Positions 1 through 12,425 of a DNA stretch of 64,000 nucleotides are shown here, piece by piece. Position 1 is the first letter of the stretch, and each line of letters begins with the position of its first letter. A program made the translations under genes and the position numbers. The notes below the pieces were generated by a model that was given only the letters and a program-made list of their open reading frames with translations, was not told the DNA's origin and searched no databases. Source of the stretch: Raillietiella orientalis (lineage: Eukaryota); assembly GCA_036172245.1 (NCBI GenBank), contig JAYWIR010000022.1:930001-994000 (forward strand). Reading direction: 5' to 3'.

Positions 1-1390
1 ATACAGGTTCTTCACACACAGTGAAAGAATGGTATGGAAATGCCAGTAGCATATCTCCCCTGTTTTTTACCATATGTGTTAAGGTGAAAGGATCAAACAT
101 ACCAAAGAGTTCTAAAACACCAAGGAAATTGCCATATTCGGGCAATTCAGGTTTCATTTTTCCCTTCTGACAGCAACAGAATATGACATCATCTTGCTTA
201 AAAGATATCCTTAAGCATTTATCATTCGCCATCAGTCTCATTTCTGATTGCTGCTTTCTGATTTGACTTTTCATGAACTTCACATGCATCATTGCAATAC
301 TTCCTGGAGGCTAATGCAAGTCCACTTCTTTCGAGACTTGAGCAGGCCACCTACCAGAAGGATATTTTCTAAAAAGGATGATACTACCCTCTATTACATC
401 TGTTTCTGCAAGAGCAGTTTATATAGAAAAACATCAACGCCGTAGAATGCAATTCTTCACAGTAGAGGGTGAGTTTACGAGATCTAATGCTGTCGACACT
501 ATGAGACTCTGGTAAAACAACTCACTTCACCCATGACGGGTAGTAAACGCAAAATATTTCTTGGAAACGGTATATGTACTGGTCTGGAGGAGCACCTGTA
601 TATAACCAGGGCCTTGCTACTATCTCAGAGTCATCGTGATATATCTATGAAGCAGGTCATGAAGGACCTTAAGTCCTACCCTCTTTCTTTCATCGGGATA
701 CTCAGTTAATTCTTCCGTGTTGCATCTACTTTTAGTCCATTCAATTTCAAATGGAGGGCAACAGTTCCTACATCAAACTGGTCGACTATTTCTGCAGCTT
801 CATTGTCAGTGAAACTGAAGCTGCGGGATTGCAAATACCCGGATCAATGATGCCAGAGTTTGCACTCCATCCGACGAAATATTCTCTCTTTGCGCTCTTC
901 ACCCGGAAATCTTCTTTGTCCAATTCATAAATTCTCTCCACCTCAAATGGTGTATAATAAGTTGAAATAACATTTCCTGACATGACCTGTGTGCTCATCC
1001 GACTTTGAGCTAGTCCGTACAAACCACGTTCTCCATGGATGAACAGGAAACACAAAAGGCGCATCTGGAACATTTTCGGACTCTCCATGAGAGACATGTC
1101 ACATATTAGCCTGCACAATATCCCCTGACAATGGTATGATCCTCAGACACTTTCCAGATACTGATCTCAACCAATGGACTCTCCGATGCATCTTGAAAAT
1201 CATCAGGGAACTATTCCGGACTGTAAGGTGTGGTGAAGGTGCGTCCCTCGCGTTGTTTCGTCCCTGAAGCAACTAGAAAATTTAGAAGTTGTAGGGAAGG
1301 TCAGAGGCTGGTGGGTGTTTTCCGAATTCGGGAAAGGGCTATAATCTGTAAATAGGATGCTAAGGATCAAGAGATGAGGAATTCAAGAGT
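1..1390 (-). pseudogene. Decayed type-I membrane glycoprotein-like ORF, candidate endogenous viral element (class III fusogen-like); runs off the window start
   Basis: Manual minus-strand translation across stops and frameshifts gives a hydrophobic leader (HLLILSILFTD, ~1375-1345) and a Cys-rich ectodomain (PYSPE*FPDDFQDASESPLVEISIWKVSEDHTIVRGYCAG*YVTCLSWRVRKCSRCAFCVSC). Later segments are WSANSGIIDPGIC, MLKDIF*AR*CHILLL and GRYATGISIPFFHCV*RTC. Family assignment is inference. Confidence 0.35.
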
Positions 1391-1454
1391 CAAAAGGTAA
1401 GATTTACGGATTTAAGGGAATAATTTTAGGCTGTTCTACATATTCAATGTTCCT

Positions 1455-4400
1455 TCAATGTCCGATGGTTGTTGACATAGCAAGTTGCTTCGCGTGATGA
1501 TGTTGAAGGAGTGAAAGTGCAACTGCGCAAGGAAATTCACAAATAGATTCCTCGATCACAGTCTGCTTGTTAAATTTTTGCTGTTCCTCCAAAAAATTTG
1601 TTGGTCCCTTCATTACCGACCTTATGCTCCTCACCTCTAGGAAAAGATCCATTAATGTCTGTTCTAGTTTTTCGACAATTTTTCCAGATCCTAAGTAGCA
1701 ACAGAATGCTGGCCATTTTTTCAACGACCTTGTTGCCTTCTCTTCTCATGGAGATACTCGTCAGGCTTTTTTCCTGGTGCTTTCCACTCCAGCGGTTGTT
1801 CCATTTCGGAGTGCTTACCTGTAGTTCCAATGCCAGCCTTCATTTTCTTCACTCGATTTCGTTAGCGCGTTCATCTGCAAGAGACAAATAAACATACATT
1901 GTAAGAACCTGAGTTTCCAATAGAATCTTACGGAGACTGCTACTGTCCGAGGTGCAGTTTTTCCAACATAGGAGATCTGGAGTGACAAGAGGGAAGAAGA
2001 CAAAAAATAAATGAATAATGTGGAGGAAGGAACAGCCAAAGAGTTTCCTCTATTCTCACATTTAGTCCTCGGATGACGTGAACAAGGCTCTCCTTGCTTC
2101 TGGAGTCATCTGAAGTCACATTCCCTCAATCTTTAACGATGAAGATGGCTGAAAAGGCGTTCTTAGGACTGCCGGCGCAGTTCAGTCTCGAAAAGAGTCG
2201 CTCTGATGACGTGGATGTAGCACAATATGGAAACCACGGCTGGGGCTGGAGAAAATCCATCTAGGACGAAGAAACTCCTCACGAAGTCCTTAGGGGCGTC
2301 ATCCGCGTGCGGAAGGCTCTCACTGAGTGCTCCCATTCTGAATGAAGGGTGTCAGCGTAGTCCAAAGGGATATGATAAATGCGTTTTCCTCGATCTACAG
2401 CTTGCAAAGTTCGAAGAGCCTTCCTCCTCTTCTCCCGCCACATGATGATGGCTCTTCTGTTGAGAGGAAGACCCTAGTGCACAGAAAGCACTATAGTCTC
2501 TTGAATGCAGAAGAGGGGGAGAACAGTACTATGCAAACTCAGGGGGTGAACGACTACCAGTTGCCATCGGGAAAAGCAACTGGCCCCCCTAGCTCTGCAG
2601 TGCTTGAGCCGTTACTTAACTGGCGCATCAGTCATCATGGCTGCCATCTGTCCTCCGAGGAGTTAAGTAATCCCTGCGTAGTGTGAACCCATCAAGATCA
2701 TTTCTGGTAGGTAGGTAAACGCCCACCCTACCATTTCTGTCATTTCTTCCATATGTTGCAATCAATTCATGAATTTCCTGAAAAAGAAGTTTCATGCAGC
2801 TGCCACTTTCAGCTTGCAACTGAAGCTGCCCTTTCGGAGTTCTCTGGATCTTTCCAATGAATTTCGATGGGGTCCAGGCCGCTTTGTACCTTTCGCTCAT
2901 CCTTCTTCTAGTCTTCCTGGTCAGAGCATCCTACATTCATTTTCCAGTTCCTCGGTACCTCCTTCGTTTTTCAGTAATCCTCAGGAATGGCCACGCTTGC
3001 AAGTATTCCGGCTAAATAGGATCTGATGAGGAACAAGTCCTGGGATACCATCCTTCAAACACTGAGGAACAGTTTTCCTTTCCTGAACCTGAACAGTCTT
3101 GCGACTGAGGTATAAGTGTTGAGAGGACATTGCGAGTTTCTGGGACATAGTGGAAGGAGTGCGCTCTCAGGATAGAGAAAGTGATCGGGAATGATCTCAT
3201 GGAAGAATGGATTCTTGAAGTTCCTCCAGGAGACGAGAATCTTGATGGGTCCGACAAGACTACGCCCAGGTTTCTGCAGCTCCTCGTGATGTTAATGACC
3301 GGCTGGAAATGTCACATCGCATCAGGTACCGTTAGATACTTGCTTCCTACCCTACTTTGGACAGGACTCTTCCTTTTCGTTCTCCACGTCGCAAAGACGT
3401 GGAAGACGGGAAGAAGATGAGAAAGCTTGAAGGGAGGATCGACAAGAGTTCCAGTACGAGGCGCTTTCACGAGCAATTTCGAATCGACATTAAGCAGGGA
3501 GCTTCTCGAAAAGATCGTCTTGGCGTGGAGATGTCTCCTAGATTAAAACTAGGAAACCATCTGGGGCCACATCCTTCTCTAGAAATCGAACAGGAAGCGC
3601 CCTTGGGTGGAGGATGCTCAAAATGCTGACTCATGTGGGCGGCCGTATGGCTACGGTCTCTGCGCGATACCAAGAGTTGCGGATCCGAATCCCCCAGGGA
3701 GAGATTGGCGGTGACAAATGGGTACGGCATGGGTTTTGATTTCCTCTCCCACCCCTCCGCAGGATGACGCTGGTTAACCTACAGACTCCGGGTGAGGAGG
3801 CACTAGTGGAATTCGGAAACCGAATACCCCTGTTGACTGGCCGGGATTGGATGTTGACCTTCGAGGTCCTTCCAGGAATCAAGGAGCCAGTTCCCTTCGG
3901 GATTTCCCTGCGGTTGTGAAAATGAATCCGTTACCCCCTATTGGTGCGTGATCCTCCATCGAAAACTATGGACTGTTGATTGATATCATTTTAGAGTGTA
4001 AAGAAGCGCGCTGCTGCCCTTCAGGGAAATTTGGGAGCGTTCCTTCGGAGTTCTCCTCAGGTGAGTAACAAGGAGCGCTTCCATCAAGAGTTCCCTCTGG
4101 AGAAGAAATCCAGGATCGGATCCTTTCCGGATTTCCTCTGGAGAAGAAATGAGGAGCGGCCCACTCCAGGGGGTACCTCTGGCGAGAATGAGGAAGAGTT
4201 TCTCTTCGGGGTCCCCTTCCAAGAGTAAGAGAGGAACGGACTCCTTCCTCTGGAGCCTTCCTGATTCAGAGGATGGTCCATTTGGTGTGTCCCCCTAACC
4301 TGAAAGTTGCACATATTCTTGGTTGAAGTAGTTAGTGTTTTAAAGAGTTTTGTGAGCTTTCTCTAAGGAGAAGAATGGTTCTTGAGTGCTTAGCGAACCA

Positions 4401-4460
4401 AGAAAGAAAACTAACATTTGGAAGGAAAGCAGCCGAAAGAGAAGAACTCAAAAAGGATTC
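1455..4460 (-). pseudogene. Unassigned decayed coding tract (viral or retroelement origin suspected)
   Basis: GC-richer than host intergenic DNA. Long protein-like minus-strand frames broken by scattered stops (e.g. ORFs 3986-4222, 3467-3730, 2628-2900, 1455-1724). No motif recognised. Confidence 0.3.
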
Positions 4461-4469
4461 CCATCATCC

Positions 4470-7400
4470 CAGTCGAACTGGCTGGCCGAAGTGGGCCTGC
4501 GGAGAGCGCATCTGATAGCTGAGGACTTCAACATCCGCCTGCTATCAGGTGCGCCGAACGGAAGCGCCAAAATCTGGTCAACCAGATGTGCGCGGTAATC
4601 ACACGCGCAGCTTGTTGACCGGACAAGCCGGGATCGAGGGAAGTATAGACCACATGTTCCTCGACAACCACCTGTGCGCACGGGTGGGTGCGCACAGGTG
4701 CGCCTTTCGTAGAGGGATTAAGGAACGAGCGGACGTTTATCACTCGGATATGCTGGGGCATTTATTATTAAAATTTCTGTTTACAAAAATTTCATAATAA
4801 AGTTGTTAAGTTATTTCGTGGTAGAGCACTAGGTTCTACCACTTCCGGAAGGCTTGCCATCAACCGGTACGCAGACCAGGGAGGTCCTCTCCAACGGAGA
4901 AGGGGAAGGGAGAAACAAAACAAAAATAAACAAAAAGACTTGACAAGGAAGGGAGATGTTTTTAGGGGGAAGGGAGGGCAGGGAATCCATGGCGCACAGC
5001 GGTTCTCCTGGATTGGTCCTCGGCATCCTGTTCAGGATGCTGACAAGTGTTGCTTTTAAACTATTCCGGTGGGACCATCTTGACACGGTCTCCAAAAAGA
5101 TCGTTGTCCAGTGCATCACGTCCCTGCTGTTTTGCCTTCTTCTTTTGGCGTTCCACATTGCCACGATTCTGCGAATACAGCAGAGAACTGCTAGAGACAC
5201 GGCGGGGGGCAGGGCATCATGCCTGAAGAGGTGCCGTAAAATGCATTTAGGGCCGCCTGCTGGAAGATTCAGAATCGACGAGAGACGATCCCAAAGTTCA
5301 CAGGGGCGACGCAATCTATTAGGAGATGTGGGAAGGTTTCCCTTTCGCCGCACTCTGCACAACGGGCATCCACACTCCCTAGTGTCCAGTGAGAGAGGTG
5401 CGCTCTGCATAGGATTCCCAATGCAAGAATAGGAACGCCGTCTCTTGCCACTTCATGGAAAGGGTGCCACTGTTCCAACACGCTGGGAGCCATTTCACCT
5501 CCTCCGGAGGTATTCCGAGCAGCTCGACCCAGAGCAGAAGTCCTTTAAACGCGGCACTTGGGATCGCAACGTCCACTAGCTGCCGAGTTGTCTACGCCTT
5601 CAAATTTTTTTTTTTTTTCCTGCCTCTGATGAGGCAGGACACTTCCCACAATGCCCGCTCGTCGCTATCCCTAGTGTTCCTGAGGGAGAGCAGCACGGGA
5701 TCAGGGGCGTAAAAGAAGCCCACAGCAACTTGCGTGGGTTGTTTACAATCTCTCGCAGGGGCTGTCGAGAGTAAGGGTCTCGTCGGAGGCAGGCGTATTC
5801 CGCCTCGCTCTTGCCGTTGATTTTCCCCCATGCGGAAACTGACTCCTGAAGCCAGGCAGTACAGTTCGCGGGGAGGCAGGAGATCCACGTGTTCTCCCTC
5901 ATCAGGGCTACCATCTGAGCGGACGTATCTCCACGCCCATCGCTATTCCAGAAATCCCGACGTCCGACGCTTGGAGGAATACAAAGCTGGGGCCAAGAGG
6001 CAGGCCTGGCAATCCAGGTCGGCCAGCAACCCTCAGCCTCGGCTTAGGTAAGCCAAATCTTGCGAGACTTTTACTCCTCCTTGTACGCGAGGGTACCCCG
6101 AGAGCACAACCTTGCGCAGCGTTTGCTGTCAGAGGGCGTGCCAGCGTTAGGGGAGGAGGAACGAAGAAGCATCGAAGAACCTTTCACGATGACGAAGGTC
6201 ATCTCCACCATCGGAAAGCTCAAGGAGTGCAAGGCGCCAGATAAGGACGATCTGCCCGCGGAATTTTATCAAGGTTTCGCGGCAGTGCTGGCCTTCCTGG
6301 TGTACAGATTATGCACACTGATTCGCGAACGAGGCGAGGTACCCTCCGCGTTCCGGTCAGCAAAAGAGTACGTCTCCTACTCAAAACAGGAGACTTGCGC
6401 AACGTTGGCAACTGGCTGCCGATCACTGTAGTGAATGCGGACGCCAAGCTGCTTGCCAAACTATGGGCAGAGCGACTGGCACGGGTGGCCGAATCCGTGA
6501 TCAGTTGGGAACAGACGTACTCTGTCCCTGTGCGGACCGTGGTGACCAACCGATTCCTCGCGAGCATATGTCAGCAGTTGATACAGCGAGTTGTGCCAAC
6601 GAGTCACGAGAATTCTGAATTCTTCTCTGACCAGGGGAGGGAAAGCCTCCAAGGAACAGACACGCCTGGAGTCCTTGAGGTCGCAGTCGATCTGCGCAAA
6701 GCTTTTGACTGCGTCGACCAGGAACTCCTTCTGGAGCTTCTGGAACGCATGGGGTTCCTGGCCGTCTTCCTGGCCTATCTGCGCATCTGTTGGAACTTCG
6801 CGCTCATAAATATTTGTTTCAGCGGCCGGCACGTGTAAGGCGTGCCCGTTCACCGCGGCGTAAGGCAGGGTGACAGCGTGAGCCCCATGCTCTTCAGCAT
6901 GTACTTCGGCTTGGTGCTGAGAGCATACAGGGAGACTGGCAACCCTGAGAAACTCGTGTCCAGGCATACTTGCCGTGGCGGCTTATACAGACGACCTTCT
7001 GCTGCTGCTGTCCATGTAAACCCCGGCCTCTGCACCCGAGCGTTTCTTCGAGTTACTCAGCCGCGGGACCAGACTTCAGGTGAACACGGTGAATTCGTGC
7101 CATAGTGCCAGTCGATGCGACATGGGCCGGACGACCGGACCGAGTCCGTTTGGGGATCCCCCGGACAAGTTCATTTGTTCCCCCAACGGTGCGCCAAGGT
7201 TTCGTTGATGTTCCGTTAGGGACTTCTACGTAGCAGAAGCCTGGTCTGACCGTCTCCAAAAAGTAGAGCTGGCGCTCGTTTCGTTCCAGAACGACAAGTT
7301 TTGCTTGTCGGAATGGGTTGCGGTGCGAAACTCGTTTGCAGCTCTCCTCCTGCTTTTGTTTGCCCCACCCCACCTGATGTCAAAAGGAAGACCGAAGACC

Positions 7401-8841
7401 TCCTGAGAAAAGTCCTGTGGGATACAGAGAAGTCCAGAATTCGACTCAAAGACTTATGTGCTCCGCGTAAGGACAGTGGACTGGTCCTCCTTACGCTGGA
7501 GAGGAGGCAGCGTTGAACTCCGACTCAGAAGACTCTCCCTCGCGGCGAGATGATGGGCCGCTTCCTGTTGCGCACCAGCACGGCTTCTTGCGAAGAGCGC
7601 AACCGGCTGCGGGGGACTCACATCCCTCCTCATCGCTCGCGAGAGATTGCTAAGGCGTTGAGGATGCAAACTCCGCCAGATGGTTGCCCTGGTGGAGGAG
7701 GAACACCTGTATTTCTTGCCTCCCCACGTACTGCACTACCCGGCTTCAGGAATCAGTCTTCGTTTTGGGAAATATCCATGGCGCCAGCGAGGCGGGGTAC
7801 GCATGCCTGCAGCGAGGCTTCAACACTCGCATGTCGTTGGAAAAGATCATCCGTGAAGCGCAGAAGATTTGCTGGACCTCGTCTACTCCCCTTGCTTCAG
7901 TGCTGCCCTTCTTAAGGGACCCAAGGGGCAGCGTAATCCCAGCAAGGTGGGAAGCGATCTGCTGCATAGCAGCAAAAACGAAACTTCTGGGGCCGTGGAC
8001 AACTCAGGAAGTGACGGACGCTGCGACCCCGAGTGTCCCACCCCAAGGACTTGTACTCTGGGGAGAGCTGCTCGGCACCCCTCCGGTAAAGGTGAGGTAG
8101 CCCCAGGAGTGCTGGAGCAGCGGTACCCTCCCTCTCAAGTGGCGGGATTTGGCGTTGCTGGTGTTGCATGGGGAAATCCCGTGCAATGGGCTCCTTCACC
8201 ACTGGACACGATGGGCGTGGACGCTATGTGCGACAGGTACGGGAAGAAGGAGACCTTTCCACACCTGATTTTGGACTGTGCTGCTCTCCGACCGCTTTGG
8301 GATCGCCTTGCAACGATCCTAGGTATCCCGATGAGCGGCCCCAGAGACATTTTCAGACGTTTCTTCGTGCCTGTCACACTGCCTCCAGACGCATCCCTTG
8401 CAGTTCTCTGCTGTGTTGGCGGGATCATGGCGGTCTGGAACACCGGAAGAAGAGGCGAAATTGCAGGGACGCCATCCACTGGACGCAGATCTTCCGGAAG
8501 ACCGCCTCGAGATGGCCCTACCTGGGCGAGAAACCAACGGAACTTGCCAGAATCCTGAACAGGATGCAGAGGACTCTGGGCGGCGTAACGTGATCCCTTC
8601 CTCGGTTCCTCCCCTTCCTGCCCGTGTATACTTTGCACTCTCCTGTTTTTGTGTGTTTATCTTTTTTGTTTTTGTTTTCCCTTCTCCCACGCTGCGGAAG
8701 CGGACCTCGCCGGTCTGCAGCCGCTCTTCGGAAGGTTCATTGCACGTGGTGTAACCAACGGTTCGATACTCAAATCTAATTTTATTACTCTACGTAATAA
8801 ATGCCCCGGCATAACCGGGTGATAATCATATATTAAAAAAA
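4470..8841 (+). mobile_element. Tx1/L1-clade non-LTR retrotransposon, 5'-truncated and degenerate ORF2 (EN fragment, RT, CCHC zinc finger, 3'UTR)
   Basis: APE endonuclease remnants HLIAEDFN and SIDHMFL. RT motifs LRDFYSSLY, DDLPAEFY, NWLPITVVNADAKLLAK, VDLRKAFDCVD, GVRQGDSVSPMLF, AYTDDLL. C-terminal CDRYGKKETFPHLILDC. T-rich 3'UTR, AATAAA at 8796-8801 and a short A-run at 8835-8841. Many frameshifts. Confidence 0.9.
4737..5916 (-). mobile_element. 5'-truncated copy of the same LINE family (ORF2 C-terminus + 3'UTR) inserted antisense into the element above
   Basis: Homologous to ~7680-8826 in inverted orientation (CAECGERETFPHLLIDC, VSLAVLCCI). Flanked by a 10-bp direct repeat GAGCGGACGT at 4727-4736 and 5917-5926 (target-site duplication, TSD). 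Confidence 0.88.
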
Positions 8842-8844
8842 TCT

Positions 8845-10162
8845 GGTGGGACCACCTTAAATGAAGCCACCTGTGAGTTTTTCCCTCTCAAATGGATACT
8901 GAGAAAACGAGATTCGTAAAATGCAGGAAGGTGGACCAGAAAACCCAAGTTCTGAATAGGGAAATTACGGTAACTTTGTTCTCCCCATCCATTCAGCCGT
9001 TGAAAGCATCTGGAAATCCTGGATTGCCTTTGCCAACTGTTTGACTCGCTGACTCCTCAGGTGATCTCCGATATTCTGTGCCATCTCTTGGAGAGCTTCC
9101 ACGTGGGACCGGAATTTTTATTTTCCGCGAAGGTTACCAGGTGAAAGACTGCCTGCGTGGCACATTTAATCACTCCAGAAGCTTATCGAGAATCCGGACA
9201 ATACTCAATTGCTGAACTTCCTCCGAACCCAAAAAGTTCCTAGAAGAAGTCAGTAGGCATGGCTCTAGTACTGACGTTGTGTGCCAACTTCTCCGGAAAC
9301 AGCCGTTTCGGTTTCAGGGAGCTGAGGGCAAGAATGAAGCGAAACGAAAAAAGGGAAAAGATCAGGGTAGGACCGGAGGAAGCAAACAAGGTGCCTTCGC
9401 CCTCTTTTGGCCCCAGTCAGCCTTGGGGAAACAGTCAGACTTCACTCGGATAACCAACCTTCGTAAGAGGCGCTGGTGGTGATTCTCCGAGTGTCTCCTC
9501 AGAACATCAAAAAGCCTTTCCGGAACTCGACCCTTTGCCTAACCCTATGCTGATCCAGTCCCGGTTCGCAAGGAGAATTCAGACTTGTTGTTTCTGTGAC
9601 AACGGAATCTTAGCGCGTGGATGCCAGGAACGAGGCAGAACCTCCTCCAACCCCATCCGGCGCAGCGCTCTCTCCTCTTGCAGGAGCACTCTCGGTTTCT
9701 CTACTTTTCTGGGGAAAAAGGAAGAGCTGCGCCTCACTTGCGTGTATGTCTCGAGATAGGTATTCGAGCTGTCCCTCCGTACTGTCCCTCCCTCTCCTCT
9801 CCGTTCATGAGGCTGGTCATCTGATGCAGTAACGTCCGAGAGGAAAGAGCCCCTGGACGGCGGCTTCCTCTTCTCGGCAACTCAAAGGAAACAGACCCTC
9901 AGGTCGGCAATGAAACTCATGAGACGCTAGTTGTGCCGTCCTTCCTCGTCTCCGGAGAACCATTTCTGGCAGAGATCCGGGATGAGAGGAGAGGCCCGCG
10001 TACTTCAGGAGAACGTCTCCCTCTGGCAGGTTGCCCGCCCCTGCGATGTTCCCGGTGTGTTCTTCGTAGCCACATCAGAGCATTCGGTCGTCCTTTGCCC
10101 TCTCCTTTCTGTTTTTCCCCCTCAGCCCTTTTCCTCGTGATGGAAACGTAAACTTGACGCAT
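8845..10162 (-). pseudogene. Unassigned decayed coding tract, probably the upstream continuation of 1455-4460
   Basis: GC-rich block that begins at an ATG (10162, ORF 9917-10162) and switches abruptly to AT-rich host DNA above ~10170. Protein-like minus frames with stops. Confidence 0.25.
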
Positions 10163-11146
10163 TCTTACGTACGTGTGGATGTGATGTTGGTTATTTTCCT
10201 AATTTTTCTGCAGCTGTAAGTAGGAAAAAGTTCGAGCTCCACTAGAGAATTGAAGGAGATTTGATATTCAAGATTTAGGATACAAGTGCAAACAAGGTGG
10301 CGTCAAATGATAAAAAGGATGATGTATTCTCGGGACATGAGGGTCGTAGTGAGCTTATGATAATGTAGTCGAAAATCAGACCGTTTTGTTAAATTTAAGA
10401 AGTTTCAATTAAAAACTAAAATGCGACCTTTCATTAATAAACTTCTAAGTCTTATTCCCTATAAACACAATTTTTTTTTTCAGTTTAATTACCTGAATTG
10501 CATATGATATACCAGTTCTTTGTCATATTTATTTTATAATTTGCTTCCTTGAATTTCCACTTATCTTTTGGACTCATTCATTTAAGTATAAGTTCTTCCA
10601 TCATGTTGGAAACAGTCGTTCAAAAACACATCTGAAAGAGTTACAACTTTTAACAATATTCCTTAATTTCTCATCTTCTCTAAGTCTATGCTTATTTATC
10701 AAATGATCAGAATATGAAATCAGAATTCGTTCCTTAAAACTGCATTCATCAGCTACACACGGATATTTTCTCCACATCTTAAATTATTTCACATTTTCTC
10801 TAGCTGTGTTGTCTTTTCTGTCTGAAGTAATCTCTAAACCCGCCCATAAGTTGGGAATGTAATCGCAGTTCGTATTGAGATGTACAGTTGCAGAATAACA
10901 GGTTGAAGTGTTTGATTCGTTAGTAATTTTTTTTTGGTACGATATGTATTCATTTCTCAAATTACTAATGTTGCGATAATCCTTAATGTTTTCAAATTTC
11001 TTGCAATAAAAGGATTGCGAAGAATTTTGATTCTAGCATGATTCTTTACCAATAATTAGTTTGGCACTTGAAATGTGCTGCGCATGTGATTTGTGTGATG
11101 TGAAATTCGATATTTACACATCCACAAACGTTTATATTGTATTGAA

Positions 11147-12425
11147 ATGGGGAAGAAAAGAAAGTTGGAAGAAAATGAATTTGATTCTATACCAAGACAT
11201 TTGAGTACATCCCATACCCTTAATCAGGAAAAACGTTTGATCATTATTTTGGAAAATGCACAACTAGAGGCTGTTAAGGTACACTTAACTTTTGAAGTTT
11301 GCGTATGTGATGGTACACACGAATACCACTTTAATGTATTAGCATTCTGATGTACATTTCATAATGTGTAGCACTTTTTTGTGTACAGTTAACGGAGCGT
11401 TATGTTTTACTGCGTAATGTGTACTTTGCTTTATGTGAATAAATGTTGTGTTTTTACATTTGTAGGCAGGAAAATCATTCGAATTGTTGAGTTCAGATTA
11501 TCATGCATGGTATTTCGAAAAAATCAAAAGAGAACCTGGGTCATGCCGACCAGACATAACACATCAGTGCTTGCTAATGCTGTTGGATAGCCCCCTCAAT
11601 CGAGCTGGTTTGTTACAGGTTATACGTTTGTTGAATCCCTGTTAGTTACAAATTCTGTTTTCCCTTTGTACTTTGAAGGTATGCATGTAGACTTATGAAG
11701 CTTTTACTTTCTTATTTAGTGGTTAAGGTTTGGGACTTCTGAATGTGTTGAATTAATGTGCACAATCATTGTTCTTTGTGCAGACTGTGGTCAAAGATTG
11801 ATATTTCGTATTAAGTTTACTCTTCTGGATTCCAGGTTTATATCCATACGTGTCGTAATGCGTTAATAGAAATAAATCCACAAACTAGAATTCCAAGAAC
11901 ATTCAAGCGATTTTCTGGATTGATGGGTAAATATTTTGTTACTTACAGCTATGGAGTTTGTTTAAAGTTTAAACTTGGGTTTGATAGGTAACATGTTTAA
12001 CTCTGTAAGTCATCTTTGTATTGCTGAGATGATCTTGATGTTCAGATTATTTGTTTTTATAGTGCAACTTCTACATAAGCTGAGTATTAGAGCATCAGAT
12101 GGTCCAATGAAGTTGTTGAAATTAATTAGGAATCCCATCCAAGACCATCTTCCAGTAGGATGCAAAAAATTGTCCACTTCATTCAGTTCCACAAAATGTG
12201 TCAATCCACGGGAGCTTGTCCCACCAGATGATCCTGTAGTTATAGTTGTTGGTGCAATGGCCCATGGAAAAGTATGCTTATAGAATTGAAATTATTACTT
12301 ATTTATGATAGGTAAATGTGGATTATACTGAAGATGAAGTTGCAATCAGTAGGTATCCACTGTCTGCTGCTTGGACTTGTGCAAAATTATGCACAGCATT
12401 TGAAGAATTATGGGGTATCCATTAG
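11147..12425 (+). CDS. EMG1: Ribosomal RNA small subunit methyltransferase NEP1/EMG1; join(11147..11278,11466..11618,11836..11926,12063..12271,12312..12425), 232 aa
   Basis: All introns GT-AG and phase-consistent. Signature peptides [86 protein letters not shown]...AFEELWGI. Confidence 0.97.
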
